Below are positions 33,178 through 42,157 of a DNA stretch of 64,000 nucleotides, one piece after another (the stretch's first letter is position 1; each line of letters starts with the position of its first letter). This DNA comes from Candidatus Omnitrophota bacterium. Lineage in GTDB: Bacteria > Omnitrophota > Omnitrophia > Omnitrophales > Aquincolibacteriaceae. The notes below the pieces were generated by a model, which was not told where the DNA came from, did not search any database, and saw only the letters and a program-made list of their open reading frames with translations. Both the position numbers and the translations under genes were made by a program. The stretch covers positions 4,947 to 68,946 of the forward strand of contig CAIOAT010000042.1 in NCBI GenBank assembly GCA_903856085.1, read 5' to 3'.

Positions 33178-33378
33178 TCACCTTTTGTTCTGATGAAGGG
33201 AAAGAAACCTCTGGATCGACCGGTCATAGGTCTTTTCGATGTCGTCTGGAAAAAAACAGGCGGGCAACTGGTCCTGACTCTTGTGGTAGGCCACACACTC
33301 GCAGCAAATCCCTTTGCGGGGACAAGGATCGTAGGAACAATTACAACGTTTCTTGTTAACCTCGATCTTGCATTCCAT
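33178..33378 (-). CDS. small cysteine-rich (8 Cys / 66 aa) putative metal-binding protein, hypothetical
   Basis: [43 protein letters not shown]...; ATG 33378 verified with GGGAAG SD; upstream part of the track ORF overlaps the tRNA and was trimmed. Confidence 0.4.
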   Translation of the reverse strand: MECKIEVNKKRCNCSYDPCPRKGICCECVAYHKSQDQLPACFFPDDIEKTYDRSIQRFLSLHQNKR

Positions 33379-33409
33379 GATTACTTCCCGATGCACTTTA
33401 AAAAAAGAG

Positions 33410-33484
<75 letters not shown>

Positions 33485-33667
33485 TCAACTCTTTTAAAAT
33501 TCCTAATAAAGACCAAAACTGCACTGATAAACCTTTAACTCTTAACGAGAATCAGTACGCTCCGATGAAACTTATTCTAAAAATTCACCGAAGATAATCT
33601 CGATGAATCTACGGAGGCAAAGCGCGCGGATTATATCACCCTCATGAAGAGTATTCAATCAAAGGCA

Positions 33668-35423
33668 TTAATCATCGACCGCAAGATCTGCGGTCGCGGC
33701 CACCTGCTCTGGAGTAGGTGGGGGTGTGATTTCATGATGAGGCTGTGAGCCTTGGGTCAAAAGCGCCGCTTCCATGACCTCCTTGAACACAGGGGGCGGC
33801 AACCGTACCCCCATAATAGAGAGGCCGTGCTTCGTCCAGCACGACCACCATGGCATAACGAGGATTGTCGGCAGGAGCAAATCCCACAAAAGAAGACATG
33901 AAAGCAGAGTGAGAATAGCCTTTACCTCCGGGAAGGATCTTCTGAGCTGTACCGGTCTTCCCCCCGACCAGCACATCTGGAATCTTTGCCTTGGTCCCCG
34001 TTCCCCTTTCGACCACTTGTGTCAGAATTTCACGCATCGTCGCAGCCGTTTCGGGCTTGATCACCCTCTGCCGGATCAAAGGTTTCTTCTCTTTGATGGT
34101 CACACCTGCCGGATCCTGGATCTTGGAAACAATGTAAGGTTTTACAAGATAGCCGCCATTAGCAATCACGGACATTGCAGTCACCATTTGTAACGACGTC
34201 ACCATAACCTCTTGTCCCATGGGAATATTGTAAGGAGAAGTCTTGGACCATTGAGCCAACGGCCTCGTATACCCCGGTGCTTCTCCGGCCAAATCAATTC
34301 CGGTCGTGCCCCCGAATCCGAAACTTTTTACATAGCTTTGAAATTTCTGGGAGCCCATTTTGAGCGCGATCTTCACAGTCCCGATATTGCTCGATTTCAC
34401 GATCACTTCCATCATCGGCAGCATCCCATAGGGGTGAACATCGTGCAGCACCTTGAAGCCATAATTCCACTTACCATTCTCGCAATTGATGACCGTCTCC
34501 GGCGTCACGGTCCCATCGTTCAAGGCACCGCTCGCCGCTACGATCTTGAACACCGAACCCGGTTCATACATATCGGTGATCGCACGATTGCGCTTCGCAT
34601 CCGGCCCCGCATTGGCGTAATGATTGGGATCAAACCCGGGCTGATTGGCCATCGCCAGGATCTCACCGGTCTTGGGATCCATCACAATCGCCCAAGCGCC
34701 TTTGGCTTTCCACTGTTTAAAAGCCTGTTCAAGTGCTTTTTCCGTCAGATACTGGAGATGCTGATCGATGGTCAATACAACACGGTTTCCGTCGATCACA
34801 GGCAAGCTTTTAATTTCGAAAGCCTTGATCTCTCGTCCTTTGGCATCACGCTGGGTCACACGCTTGCCGGGTTTCCCGCGAAGATCGCCATCCAAGGATC
34901 GCTCGATCCCCTCCACTCCCTGATTGTCTACAGTGGAAAATCCAAGCACCTGAGCAAGCATCGTTCCTTGGGGATAGAACCGCTTGTATTCTTCCAAAAT
35001 ACCCAGCTCGGGACACTCGAGCTTCTTGATCTTTTCAGACTCCTCAAAAGTGACGCGCCGCTTGATCCATACGAACGATTTATCCCGACTCAATCGTTCC
35101 GTCACCCACTTCCGGTCAAGCCCCAAGATGTTCGCAATCTCACGGCTGAGGTCTGCACGGTCCTCGTCCTTCAAGGCGCGCGGTATCGCGTAGATGGAGG
35201 GGATCTTGAGATTGGCGACAAACTCTTTCCCATTACGATCCGTAATAGGACCTCGCATGGGAGATACATCGATCGTCAAATAGTGTTGGCGATGCGCCAG
35301 AGCAAGAAGTGAAGACTGATGGAGCCAGGTCAGCTGAAGGATTTGATAAATAACGAGACAAAAAAGAACGAGCAGAACGATATAGAGGAACCAGAACCGA
35401 CGCGGCGAAAGCAACGCACGCAT
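33668..35423 (-). CDS. ftsI: peptidoglycan D,D-transpeptidase FtsI (PBP3), with an apparent +1 frameshift in a G5 homopolymer at 33792..33796
   Basis: Frame A (33732..35423) ends ...YYGGTVAAPCVQGG*; frame B (33668..33976) continues ...PPPVFKEVMEAALLTQG, the conserved PBP C-terminus. Dropping one C/G in the run gives the expected VAAPVFKEVMEAAL. Confidence 0.8.
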
Positions 35424-35426
35424 TTT

Positions 35427-35819
35427 TTAGGAGGAGAGATCGGTCTTGGCCTGGGCCGTTTGAATCCACCGGCCAAGAAAACTCGTAACCTCGGAAGAAA
35501 AAGTACGCGCGACCTTTTGTTCCGATGTCGCGGGAATAACAAGCTCGGAGACGGGTGGAACTTCCACCACCTGGATCTTGTTAGGAAGCGCCAAACCCAT
35601 ATCGTGACGTTTCATTTTTTCTTCAAGAAGGCGGGGGGCCCTCAACTGGTCGACCTTGAACTGGAATCTTCGGAGCAGTTCTTGCTTTTCGGCAAAAGCA
35701 CGCGAGCTCTTTTGTATATCAAATGAGACTAAAACGGAGGAGACCTGAAGATGCACATAAAAAAGCATCGAGCAGGTCAGAGTCGCTATCAGAATTAATA
35801 TTTTTCCGCTGCCTCTCAT
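35427..35819 (-). CDS. ftsL: cell division protein FtsL
   Basis: Bitopic membrane protein with a short coiled coil between rsmH and ftsI. Confidence 0.55.
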   Translation of the reverse strand: MRGSGKILILIATLTCSMLFYVHLQVSSVLVSFDIQKSSRAFAEKQELLRRFQFKVDQLRAPRLLEEKMKRHDMGLALPNKIQVVEVPPVSELVIPATSEQKVARTFSSEVTSFLGRWIQTAQAKTDLSS

Positions 35820-36724
35820 GATGTTTTCTCGATCACTCTCAGTTTGGCGCTTCTCGCTCTTGGATTATTCAATATTTCAGAACGGTTTGCAACCATTGGT
35901 TTGCGAAAAATTAAATTCCCACGTTCTTCGTCGTCCCATTTCCGGAACTGTTGTTTCACAATCCGGTCCTCAACCGAATGAAAGCTGATAATGCCAAGCC
36001 GTCCGGCTTTCTTCAGATGCTCAAACGCGACCGTCATGCCTTCCTTGAGCGCCTCTAGCTCATCATTCACCCCTATCCGGAGAGCTTGAAACACTTTAGT
36101 CGCCGGATGACGCCGCGCCCATGAAGGTCTTTGCCCTTTCTTGAATCGCATATGGGGGGGCAGCGCCTGTTCCAATGCCTGGTTGAGATCTTCGATAGTC
36201 TGGATGGGTTGTTGGCGCCGCCTTTCGACGATCACGCGGGCAAAACGCCGTGATTTGTGCTCTTCTCCGTAGTGATAAAAAAGATCCGCCAGCTCAACCT
36301 CGGACATTTGAGCAAGCAGCTCTGAGGCTTTAAGACCGACTTCCGGGTTCATCCGCATATCCAATTCCCCTTCCGTTTGGAAACTGAAACCGCGCTTCCC
36401 ATCCGCCAACTGTTCCGACGACGTCCCGATATCCAATAGCACCGCATCGAATGCTGCTACTTCCAATCCCGAAAAGACCTTCTTCAAATTCCTGAAGTTC
36501 TCGTGTACCAACGTAACCCGCGGATCTCCTCGAAACAACATCTGACATCTTGCGATTGCTTCAGGGTCCTGATCAAATCCGATCAATTTCCCCGAGGGAC
36601 CTATTTTCTCGAGAATCGCCTCCGAGTGCCCCCCACTCCCGAGCGTCCCATCCATCACCACAGCACCGGGTCTTAACGCTAAATGCTCAAGGACTTCTTG
36701 TAAAAGAACGGGCTTATGACGCAA
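35816..36724 (-). CDS. rsmH: 16S rRNA (cytosine1402-N4)-methyltransferase
   Basis: HKPVLLQEVL...VMDGTLGSGGHS...GIISFHSVEDRIVK MraW motifs. Confidence 0.9.
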   Translation of the reverse strand: MRHKPVLLQEVLEHLALRPGAVVMDGTLGSGGHSEAILEKIGPSGKLIGFDQDPEAIARCQMLFRGDPRVTLVHENFRNLKKVFSGLEVAAFDAVLLDIGTSSEQLADGKRGFSFQTEGELDMRMNPEVGLKASELLAQMSEVELADLFYHYGEEHKSRRFARVIVERRRQQPIQTIEDLNQALEQALPPHMRFKKGQRPSWARRHPATKVFQALRIGVNDELEALKEGMTVAFEHLKKAGRLGIISFHSVEDRIVKQQFRKWDDEERGNLIFRKPMVANRSEILNNPRARSAKLRVIEKTS

Positions 36725-37052
36725 AACTAAGAATCGCCTCTTCTTCCGTCGAATAACTTTCCATCAAACCATTGACCCCGATCATCTGGAGGGTCCTTTC
36801 TACTTCAGGACGCAAGTTGCACAATTTGATGTCCCCTTTTTGTTCGCGCACCTTACGCAAGCGGTCCACCAAAATACCAACACCCGCCAATTCCACATGT
36901 TTCGTATCTTTCAGATCCAGCAAAAGACGCTTGTGGTTCCTGTTGAGCAAACGGTTCATACGACCTTTCATTTTGATCATGCTAAGAGCGTCGAGATCTC
37001 CGTTGAAACGCAACACGTCCACTCCAACCTTCGTCCTGGCGTGATAGACCAT
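36714..37052 (-). CDS. STAS-domain protein (anti-sigma-factor antagonist-like) inserted between mraZ and rsmH
   Basis: SpoIIAA-like fold: LRFNGDLDALSMIKMKG...LLLDLKDTKHVELAGVGILV. Confidence 0.65.
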   Translation of the reverse strand: MVYHARTKVGVDVLRFNGDLDALSMIKMKGRMNRLLNRNHKRLLLDLKDTKHVELAGVGILVDRLRKVREQKGDIKLCNLRPEVERTLQMIGVNGLMESYSTEEEAILSFAS

Positions 37053-37065
37053 AATGGCTCCTTTT

Positions 37066-37503
37066 CTATTCCGATGCTAATTTTTCTGCGAGTTCTTCAA
37101 AATGGTTCTTATGATGATCAAAAAAGCCCTGCCATTTTTCTTTCGCCCAAATTTCAATACGACTTGATACACCGACGATCATGACCTCCGCCTTAATGTC
37201 GGCATAGGTCTTGAGATAATCCGGGATGAGAATCCTCCCCTGCTTGTCGCAAACAACTTCCGAAGCGCCCGAGAAAAAAAGCCGATTGAAGGTTCTGGAT
37301 TCGGCTTTAGTGAAAGGCATATCGCGAAACTTTTTTTCTTCCGTCTTCCATTGTTCTTCTGTGAAGACAAACAAGCATTGATCAAGACCGCGTGTAATGA
37401 AGAATCGTTCCACGTAACGTTCCTTGAAGATCTCTCGGAACTTGGCGGGGATCATCACGCGACTTTTTGTATCGATCACATGTTCGAATTCACCGTAAAA
37501 CAT
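37066..37503 (-). CDS. mraZ: transcriptional regulator MraZ
   Basis: Tandem MraZ/SpoVT-AbrB-like domains (MFYGEFEHVIDTKSRVMIPAKFRE...). Confidence 0.9.
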   Translation of the reverse strand: MFYGEFEHVIDTKSRVMIPAKFREIFKERYVERFFITRGLDQCLFVFTEEQWKTEEKKFRDMPFTKAESRTFNRLFFSGASEVVCDKQGRILIPDYLKTYADIKAEVMIVGVSSRIEIWAKEKWQGFFDHHKNHFEELAEKLASE

Positions 37504-37526
37504 GGATTCTCTTTCCTTTCAGGGTT

Positions 37527-37595
37527 CCCACTCTCTACCACTTTCCCCCACTTTATTATCGGCGGTAGTATATCTTTCCCTTAATATCGTGTCAA
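37527..37595 (-). promoter_or_regulatory. mraZ promoter (TTGACA-17 nt-TATACT) followed by three direct GTGG(G/T) repeats at 10-11-nt spacing (MraZ operator boxes)
   Basis: -35 at 37595..37590, -10 at 37572..37567, repeats at 37552..37527 (AGTGGGggaaAGTGGTagagAGTGGGaacc). Confidence 0.55.
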
Positions 37596-37764
37596 CATTC
37601 ATTTTAATTGGGAATCTCTCAAACAAAGGCACCTCTTATCCAGAGCACTCCCCTATAGGAGACAGCAGAGCGATGAGACAAGAAATGATGGGTTCCAGAT
37701 GGGGTAAGACAGTCTGGGCATAGCTTGGGGATAAAAGGCAGCGAACGGTTAAAACGGGAGAAAA

Positions 37765-38520
37765 CTAATTTTCGAAATAGAGAATGCGGGAGCAGTTCTC
37801 ACAAACAATAATCTGTTCACCCAAGCGGATTTCATTGATAAGCTGAGGACGCAGCTTCATCTGGCACGCAGCACAAACCTCACCGCTCACAACGGCGAGA
37901 GCAAGCCCCTGCTTCTTCAGAGCGATCCGGCTGTAAAGCTCTCCGAGCTCGGGCGGCAATTGCGCAACGGATTCTTCGCGTTGCTTTTTTAAATCCGCAA
38001 GGCGCCCCTGCAAGCTCTTTTCCTGACCGACCATTTCGTTGTCTCGGTCCTGAAAAGACTTGGTGATAGATGCGAACTTTTCTTTTTCTTTACGAGCCTC
38101 TTCTTTAGCCGCATCCACTTCATCAAAAATATGGATAATCCCTTCCTCGAGAAGTGAATTATCGGCCTTGAGCGAAGCGATCTCTTGTTGCAGCGCGGCG
38201 TATTCCTTATTCGTTTTTATCTGCGATAATTGCCCGTCAAGTTTTTTGATCTGAATCTCTTTTTGAGCAAGCTCCAGCTCCTTTTCCTTCAGTTTCAATT
38301 GAATATCTTTGAGGGATTTTTCCAACTCATTAGAGCGAATCTTTTCGAGCTCCAGTTCGGATTTGAGCTGGGCTCTCTCGGAGGGGATCTCTTCCAGGAG
38401 CAAATGGGCGCGATGAATCTCACTGTCCAATTGCTGGGCTTTTTTCAGGACATCGAGATTCTGGGTAATGGGACTTAGCATAAGTGGGGAGATTATAGAA
38501 GAGATGGCAGACACCATCAA
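37765..38520 (-). CDS. coiled-coil protein with C-terminal C4 zinc-ribbon (COG1579/zf-RING_7-like)
   Basis: Long heptad region; C-terminal CAAC...x17...CENC. Confidence 0.65.
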   Translation of the reverse strand: MMVSAISSIISPLMLSPITQNLDVLKKAQQLDSEIHRAHLLLEEIPSERAQLKSELELEKIRSNELEKSLKDIQLKLKEKELELAQKEIQIKKLDGQLSQIKTNKEYAALQQEIASLKADNSLLEEGIIHIFDEVDAAKEEARKEKEKFASITKSFQDRDNEMVGQEKSLQGRLADLKKQREESVAQLPPELGELYSRIALKKQGLALAVVSGEVCAACQMKLRPQLINEIRLGEQIIVCENCSRILYFEN

Positions 38521-38556
38521 GGACGAAATACAGCGAGCTTGTCCGGGAGAGGGGTC

Positions 38557-39093
38557 TTAGATCCGATGCAAAGCCAGAGACAATTCTGCAAGACCCGAGA
38601 TTTCCTCTGACGTCAGGCGAGCACTCTGCAAAAAACTACTCGAAGAAGCATGACGGTGGGAGGGCGCCTCCCCATCGGGGCTAGGGCTTGGAACATGCAT
38701 CGAAGAAGGGATCCATTTACAGATCCGGACGCCGAGTTTTTCTTTATCCGCACCACAAAGGCCCCCATATTCAAAAAAGCTCAAACGATCACTGAAACCG
38801 TTCATCCTGAAAATCTGCTGGCGGTCCAATTCCGGATAGAAAAGGTAGAGCACCGCGTCATGGGACATCAGCACCCAAAGTTTCTTAATTTCCCGCTGCA
38901 ACTCTTCCACGGAAAAATCCCTCATTGACCGATAAAAGATACGCACCCAAACTTGCGCATCTTTACTTTTAAAAAGAAACGGAGTGCCATTCACATCTTC
39001 GAGAATTACTTTATCCGCGTGAAGCTCCTGAATGGACAAACGAATCGATTGGAATATCTCCTGACGGACAACGCGCTCTTGGGTCGCTATCAT
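38557..39093 (-). CDS. hypothetical protein, third gene of the ParA-CBM48 operon
   Basis: ATG 39093 overlaps the upstream stop by 1 nt; no recognisable domain. Confidence 0.45.
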   Translation of the reverse strand: MIATQERVVRQEIFQSIRLSIQELHADKVILEDVNGTPFLFKSKDAQVWVRIFYRSMRDFSVEELQREIKKLWVLMSHDAVLYLFYPELDRQQIFRMNGFSDRLSFFEYGGLCGADKEKLGVRICKWIPSSMHVPSPSPDGEAPSHRHASSSSFLQSARLTSEEISGLAELSLALHRI

Positions 39094-39902
39094 CGTGATA
39101 CCTCTACGGGGGCGCTGGCCTGCGTTTTTCTCTCTAAAGATTCGATCCAGCCAGCCAGCACGAACTTCGGAAGACTGGGCTTTGCATTCCAATGCTGATA
39201 TTTCAATGGCTCTGTGTGAAGAGCTGCCGAGAAATGCCGCGCAGGGTCTGCAAGGTCCATCCACCCTAACCATCCAAGATGAGTGTCAAGATGCTTGTAC
39301 GCAAAATCCGAGAACCGATCGAAGACCATGACGCCCTTCGCTTCCTCTGCCTTTCCGGACAGAGTGATGTGAAATTCGAGTTGCGGGTTAAGCGCGAGTC
39401 CGATCTTCATCATCTTGTAACCTTCCGTCAAGGATTCAGCCGTGGGTTTTAACAATAGCACCCATTTATCTAGCAGAGAAACGGCCTTTTCAAAGTGAAG
39501 AAGGTGACGATACTCGAAATCCAGAAAAATATCCCGGCTCTGCAGCACTCCCTCGGCTCGAGACGAGAAAGGCTCGCTGATAAGATCGCGAAGCTCATCC
39601 CAATAAAGGCAATACCTCTCAAGACGGTCCCCAAACGATTCTGGCATACCCTGCCCAGATCCAGAAGAAACCTTGGCATAACGCGATAAAACACTGAGGA
39701 GAGAACATGGTTTATCGGGAGACGCGATCTGCGAAGCAAAGAATGTGTTCAAAAGGAGCGAATCTCCATCGCAGTCTGGACTCGAAACCCCCACCACCTG
39801 AACTTCGGGAGAACGAAGGCCCGGGACTTCTCCGGGAACCGCGCTAAAAAGAGGCGAGATATCCCTCAACCCACGAACAAGTTTTTTAGGATCGTCTATC
39901 AT
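39090..39902 (-). CDS. hypothetical protein with ParB-like N-terminal basic peptide (candidate partner/adaptor of the ParA-CBM48 ATPase)
   Basis: ATG 39902 verified, overlaps the ATPase stop (TGATG); N-terminus MIDDPKKLVRGLRDISPLF resembles ParB/partner ATPase-stimulating peptides. Confidence 0.5.
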   Translation of the reverse strand: MIDDPKKLVRGLRDISPLFSAVPGEVPGLRSPEVQVVGVSSPDCDGDSLLLNTFFASQIASPDKPCSLLSVLSRYAKVSSGSGQGMPESFGDRLERYCLYWDELRDLISEPFSSRAEGVLQSRDIFLDFEYRHLLHFEKAVSLLDKWVLLLKPTAESLTEGYKMMKIGLALNPQLEFHITLSGKAEEAKGVMVFDRFSDFAYKHLDTHLGWLGWMDLADPARHFSAALHTEPLKYQHWNAKPSLPKFVLAGWIESLERKTQASAPVEVSR

Positions 39903-41002
39903 CAGGCAAACTCCATGTACGAATCGACGCCGCCATAGGCATTTTCTTTCTGCGTCGGCTGGCTTGGATCCACCTGCCACTCTCCGTCCACAATAAACTT
40001 GTAACGGAACGTCTTGAGCTCCACTGAAATAACCTTCTGCCAAAGCCCATCCTGATTACGGCGAACGAGGGGCTCCGGAACCCAGTGATTGAAATCTCCG
40101 GCGATTTCCACCGAAGACGCTGTTTTACTCGAAAACTGGAAAAGGATCCCATCGGAGATCTGACGCGGTCCAAAATGGTTCTTAAAGACCTGCTCCCAAC
40201 CGAGCTCTTTTTCCGGAAGTTTCCGATTCCAATCTCGCTCCAGATATTCTACTGCGAGATTCAGATAATCCTGAAAAGCCAGCGATTGGGGCGCATATTG
40301 AACAATGCTCTGTCCTGCAGCTGCCGCTTCCTTCAGACTGACATGTTCATGAATGATCGTCGTGAAAAGCCGGTTCTGGAAATGAGCTTTCACTTCGTCA
40401 TAGATCTCGTGAGAAAAATTTACTTCGGAATTGAAAAGCGTCAACAGCGCATGAACGGCAAGAGGCACTTCCCGGCTCCGGTTTACGACCTGGAGGGTCT
40501 CCGAGATCTTCGCAAGCCCGTGAAGTGAGAAAAAAGACGGCTCAACCGGAACCACGACCTCATCGGCCGCATTTAAGGCATTCCAGGTGAGGATTCCGAG
40601 ATTAGGCGGACAGTCCAGAACTACAACGTCATAATGGCGCTGATCTTCACAAATCCGATTCAGAAGATCGCGGAGCTTGAGATGGTAATTGGGCATAAAC
40701 CCGAATTCTTCTTCAAGCGCATTCAAGCTGGCATTACATGGGATAAGATCAAAATCGGGTTTCAGACTCCGAATAACTTGAGAGAAAGGCGGAACGATAC
40801 GCTGAAGCGGGCTTAAAAGATCATAAAGGGTCAACATCCCCTTCTGGGTCTTGATCCCCAACCCAATCGTGGAATGCCCCTGCGGGTCCAAATCGATCAC
40901 GAGAACTTTCTTCTGCAGAAAATTCAGACACGCTGAGAAATTGATGCTGGTCGTGGTCTTCCCACACCCGCCTTTTTGGTTCGCAATAGCGATAATTCTC
41001 AA
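39902..41002 (-). CDS. ParA/MinD-family P-loop ATPase fused to a C-terminal AMPK-beta-like glycogen-binding domain (CBM48)
   Basis: TTG start with AAGGAG SD; deviant Walker A NQKGGCGKTTTS and DLDPQGH; C-terminus VEIAGDFNHW...FRYKFIVDGEWQVDPSQP aligns to the AMPK-beta GBD motif (GSFNNW...YKFFVDGQWTHDPSEP). Confidence 0.8.
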   Translation of the reverse strand: MRIIAIANQKGGCGKTTTSINFSACLNFLQKKVLVIDLDPQGHSTIGLGIKTQKGMLTLYDLLSPLQRIVPPFSQVIRSLKPDFDLIPCNASLNALEEEFGFMPNYHLKLRDLLNRICEDQRHYDVVVLDCPPNLGILTWNALNAADEVVVPVEPSFFSLHGLAKISETLQVVNRSREVPLAVHALLTLFNSEVNFSHEIYDEVKAHFQNRLFTTIIHEHVSLKEAAAAGQSIVQYAPQSLAFQDYLNLAVEYLERDWNRKLPEKELGWEQVFKNHFGPRQISDGILFQFSSKTASSVEIAGDFNHWVPEPLVRRNQDGLWQKVISVELKTFRYKFIVDGEWQVDPSQPTQKENAYGGVDSYMEFA

Positions 41003-41203
41003 AAAGATAGTCTCCTTGAATTGAAAATAGTTGGTGTTAATGTAACGGCTTCGCTTAGTAAAGCTTTATAGTAATGAAAGCGCCCTGAGAGAGATCAAAA
41101 TGTCAGGGAGAAGATCGGCAAGAAAAGCGATAAAACCGGAACTGCTTTAGTAAGATCAATAGCTGCAGAAGACTTATCGGACGGAGAAAACGGATCTCGC
41201 TGT

Positions 41204-42157
41204 TCAGTGCTTTTCGAACATAAGAAGCCGCTCGATCGGGACAACCCCTTTAATATCCCCGCTTCGATCGGTCACCACAGCATAGGACTGGCGTTTCTTC
41301 TGAAGCATCAGGAAGGCTTTCGCCAAGGAGGTATCCTCGGAGATAAAAATGGGGGCCCGAAGAAAATCATGAAGCCCTTGAGCATTCTCCTCCTCCCAAA
41401 GGATATCGAAGATATAGACCATCCCCATGACAATGGACGGCACTTCCTCGTAAACGAGCATCATACGAACGTGCGTCTCCCGTGCGATTTTTTTGACATC
41501 CTCGATTTTGCTATGAATATCCACCATCGGGACCTTCCCCACCGGCACCATCACCGAGGAGACATGGATCCGCTCAAAATCAAGGATGGTATGGATCAAT
41601 TTTTCTTCCTGGAGTCCTACGATGCCTCTCTGCGTGCTTTCTTCGATAAGTGAGCGGAATTCTTCCTCGTTCACAAAGATATCCCGGACCACGCCCTGCT
41701 GGAAAGACGGCCAGACAAAGTCGAGCGCCCTGAAGAACAGGATGATCGGCCCGTACAAAACTGCCTTGAGACCTTTAAGCCAAACGGTCTGCCCCAGCAG
41801 AAAAGGGATCGCATTTAAGCGACCGTAATCCTTGGGAACCATTTCCGCGAAAATAATCAGAACCGGAGCGATCACCAACATCACAGCCCATTCGTTGTTC
41901 CAACCGCAATATTCCTTAAAGAAGCAAGTTGCGATCGAGATTGCCGTGACGTTCACCACACTATTCCCGATCAGAATCGCGGTCAGAAAATAATTGGGAT
42001 ACTGTTGAAGCTGCATAATGAACCTGGCTTTTTTATCGCCAGTATCCGCCATTTCACGAAGTCGCAGCTTGTTCGCGGAAACAAAAGCCATCTCAGCCCC
42101 CGAAAAGAAGGCCGAAGCAACCAACGATAAGAAAAACAGGGTCAGAAGACCGATCAT
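41204..42157 (-). CDS. CNNM/DUF21 plus CBS-pair membrane protein (CorC/HlyC-family paralog lacking the C-terminal CorC_HlyC domain)
   Basis: N-terminal DUF21 TM region, two CBS domains, ends after CBS2. Confidence 0.7.
   Translation of the reverse strand: MIGLLTLFFLSLVASAFFSGAEMAFVSANKLRLREMADTGDKKARFIMQLQQYPNYFLTAILIGNSVVNVTAISIATCFFKEYCGWNNEWAVMLVIAPVLIIFAEMVPKDYGRLNAIPFLLGQTVWLKGLKAVLYGPIILFFRALDFVWPSFQQGVVRDIFVNEEEFRSLIEESTQRGIVGLQEEKLIHTILDFERIHVSSVMVPVGKVPMVDIHSKIEDVKKIARETHVRMMLVYEEVPSIVMGMVYIFDILWEEENAQGLHDFLRAPIFISEDTSLAKAFLMLQKKRQSYAVVTDRSGDIKGVVPIERLLMFEKH

Noticed and set aside
34212-35312. 366-aa plus-strand ORF
   Set aside because: Antisense to ftsI, which has clear PBP homology.
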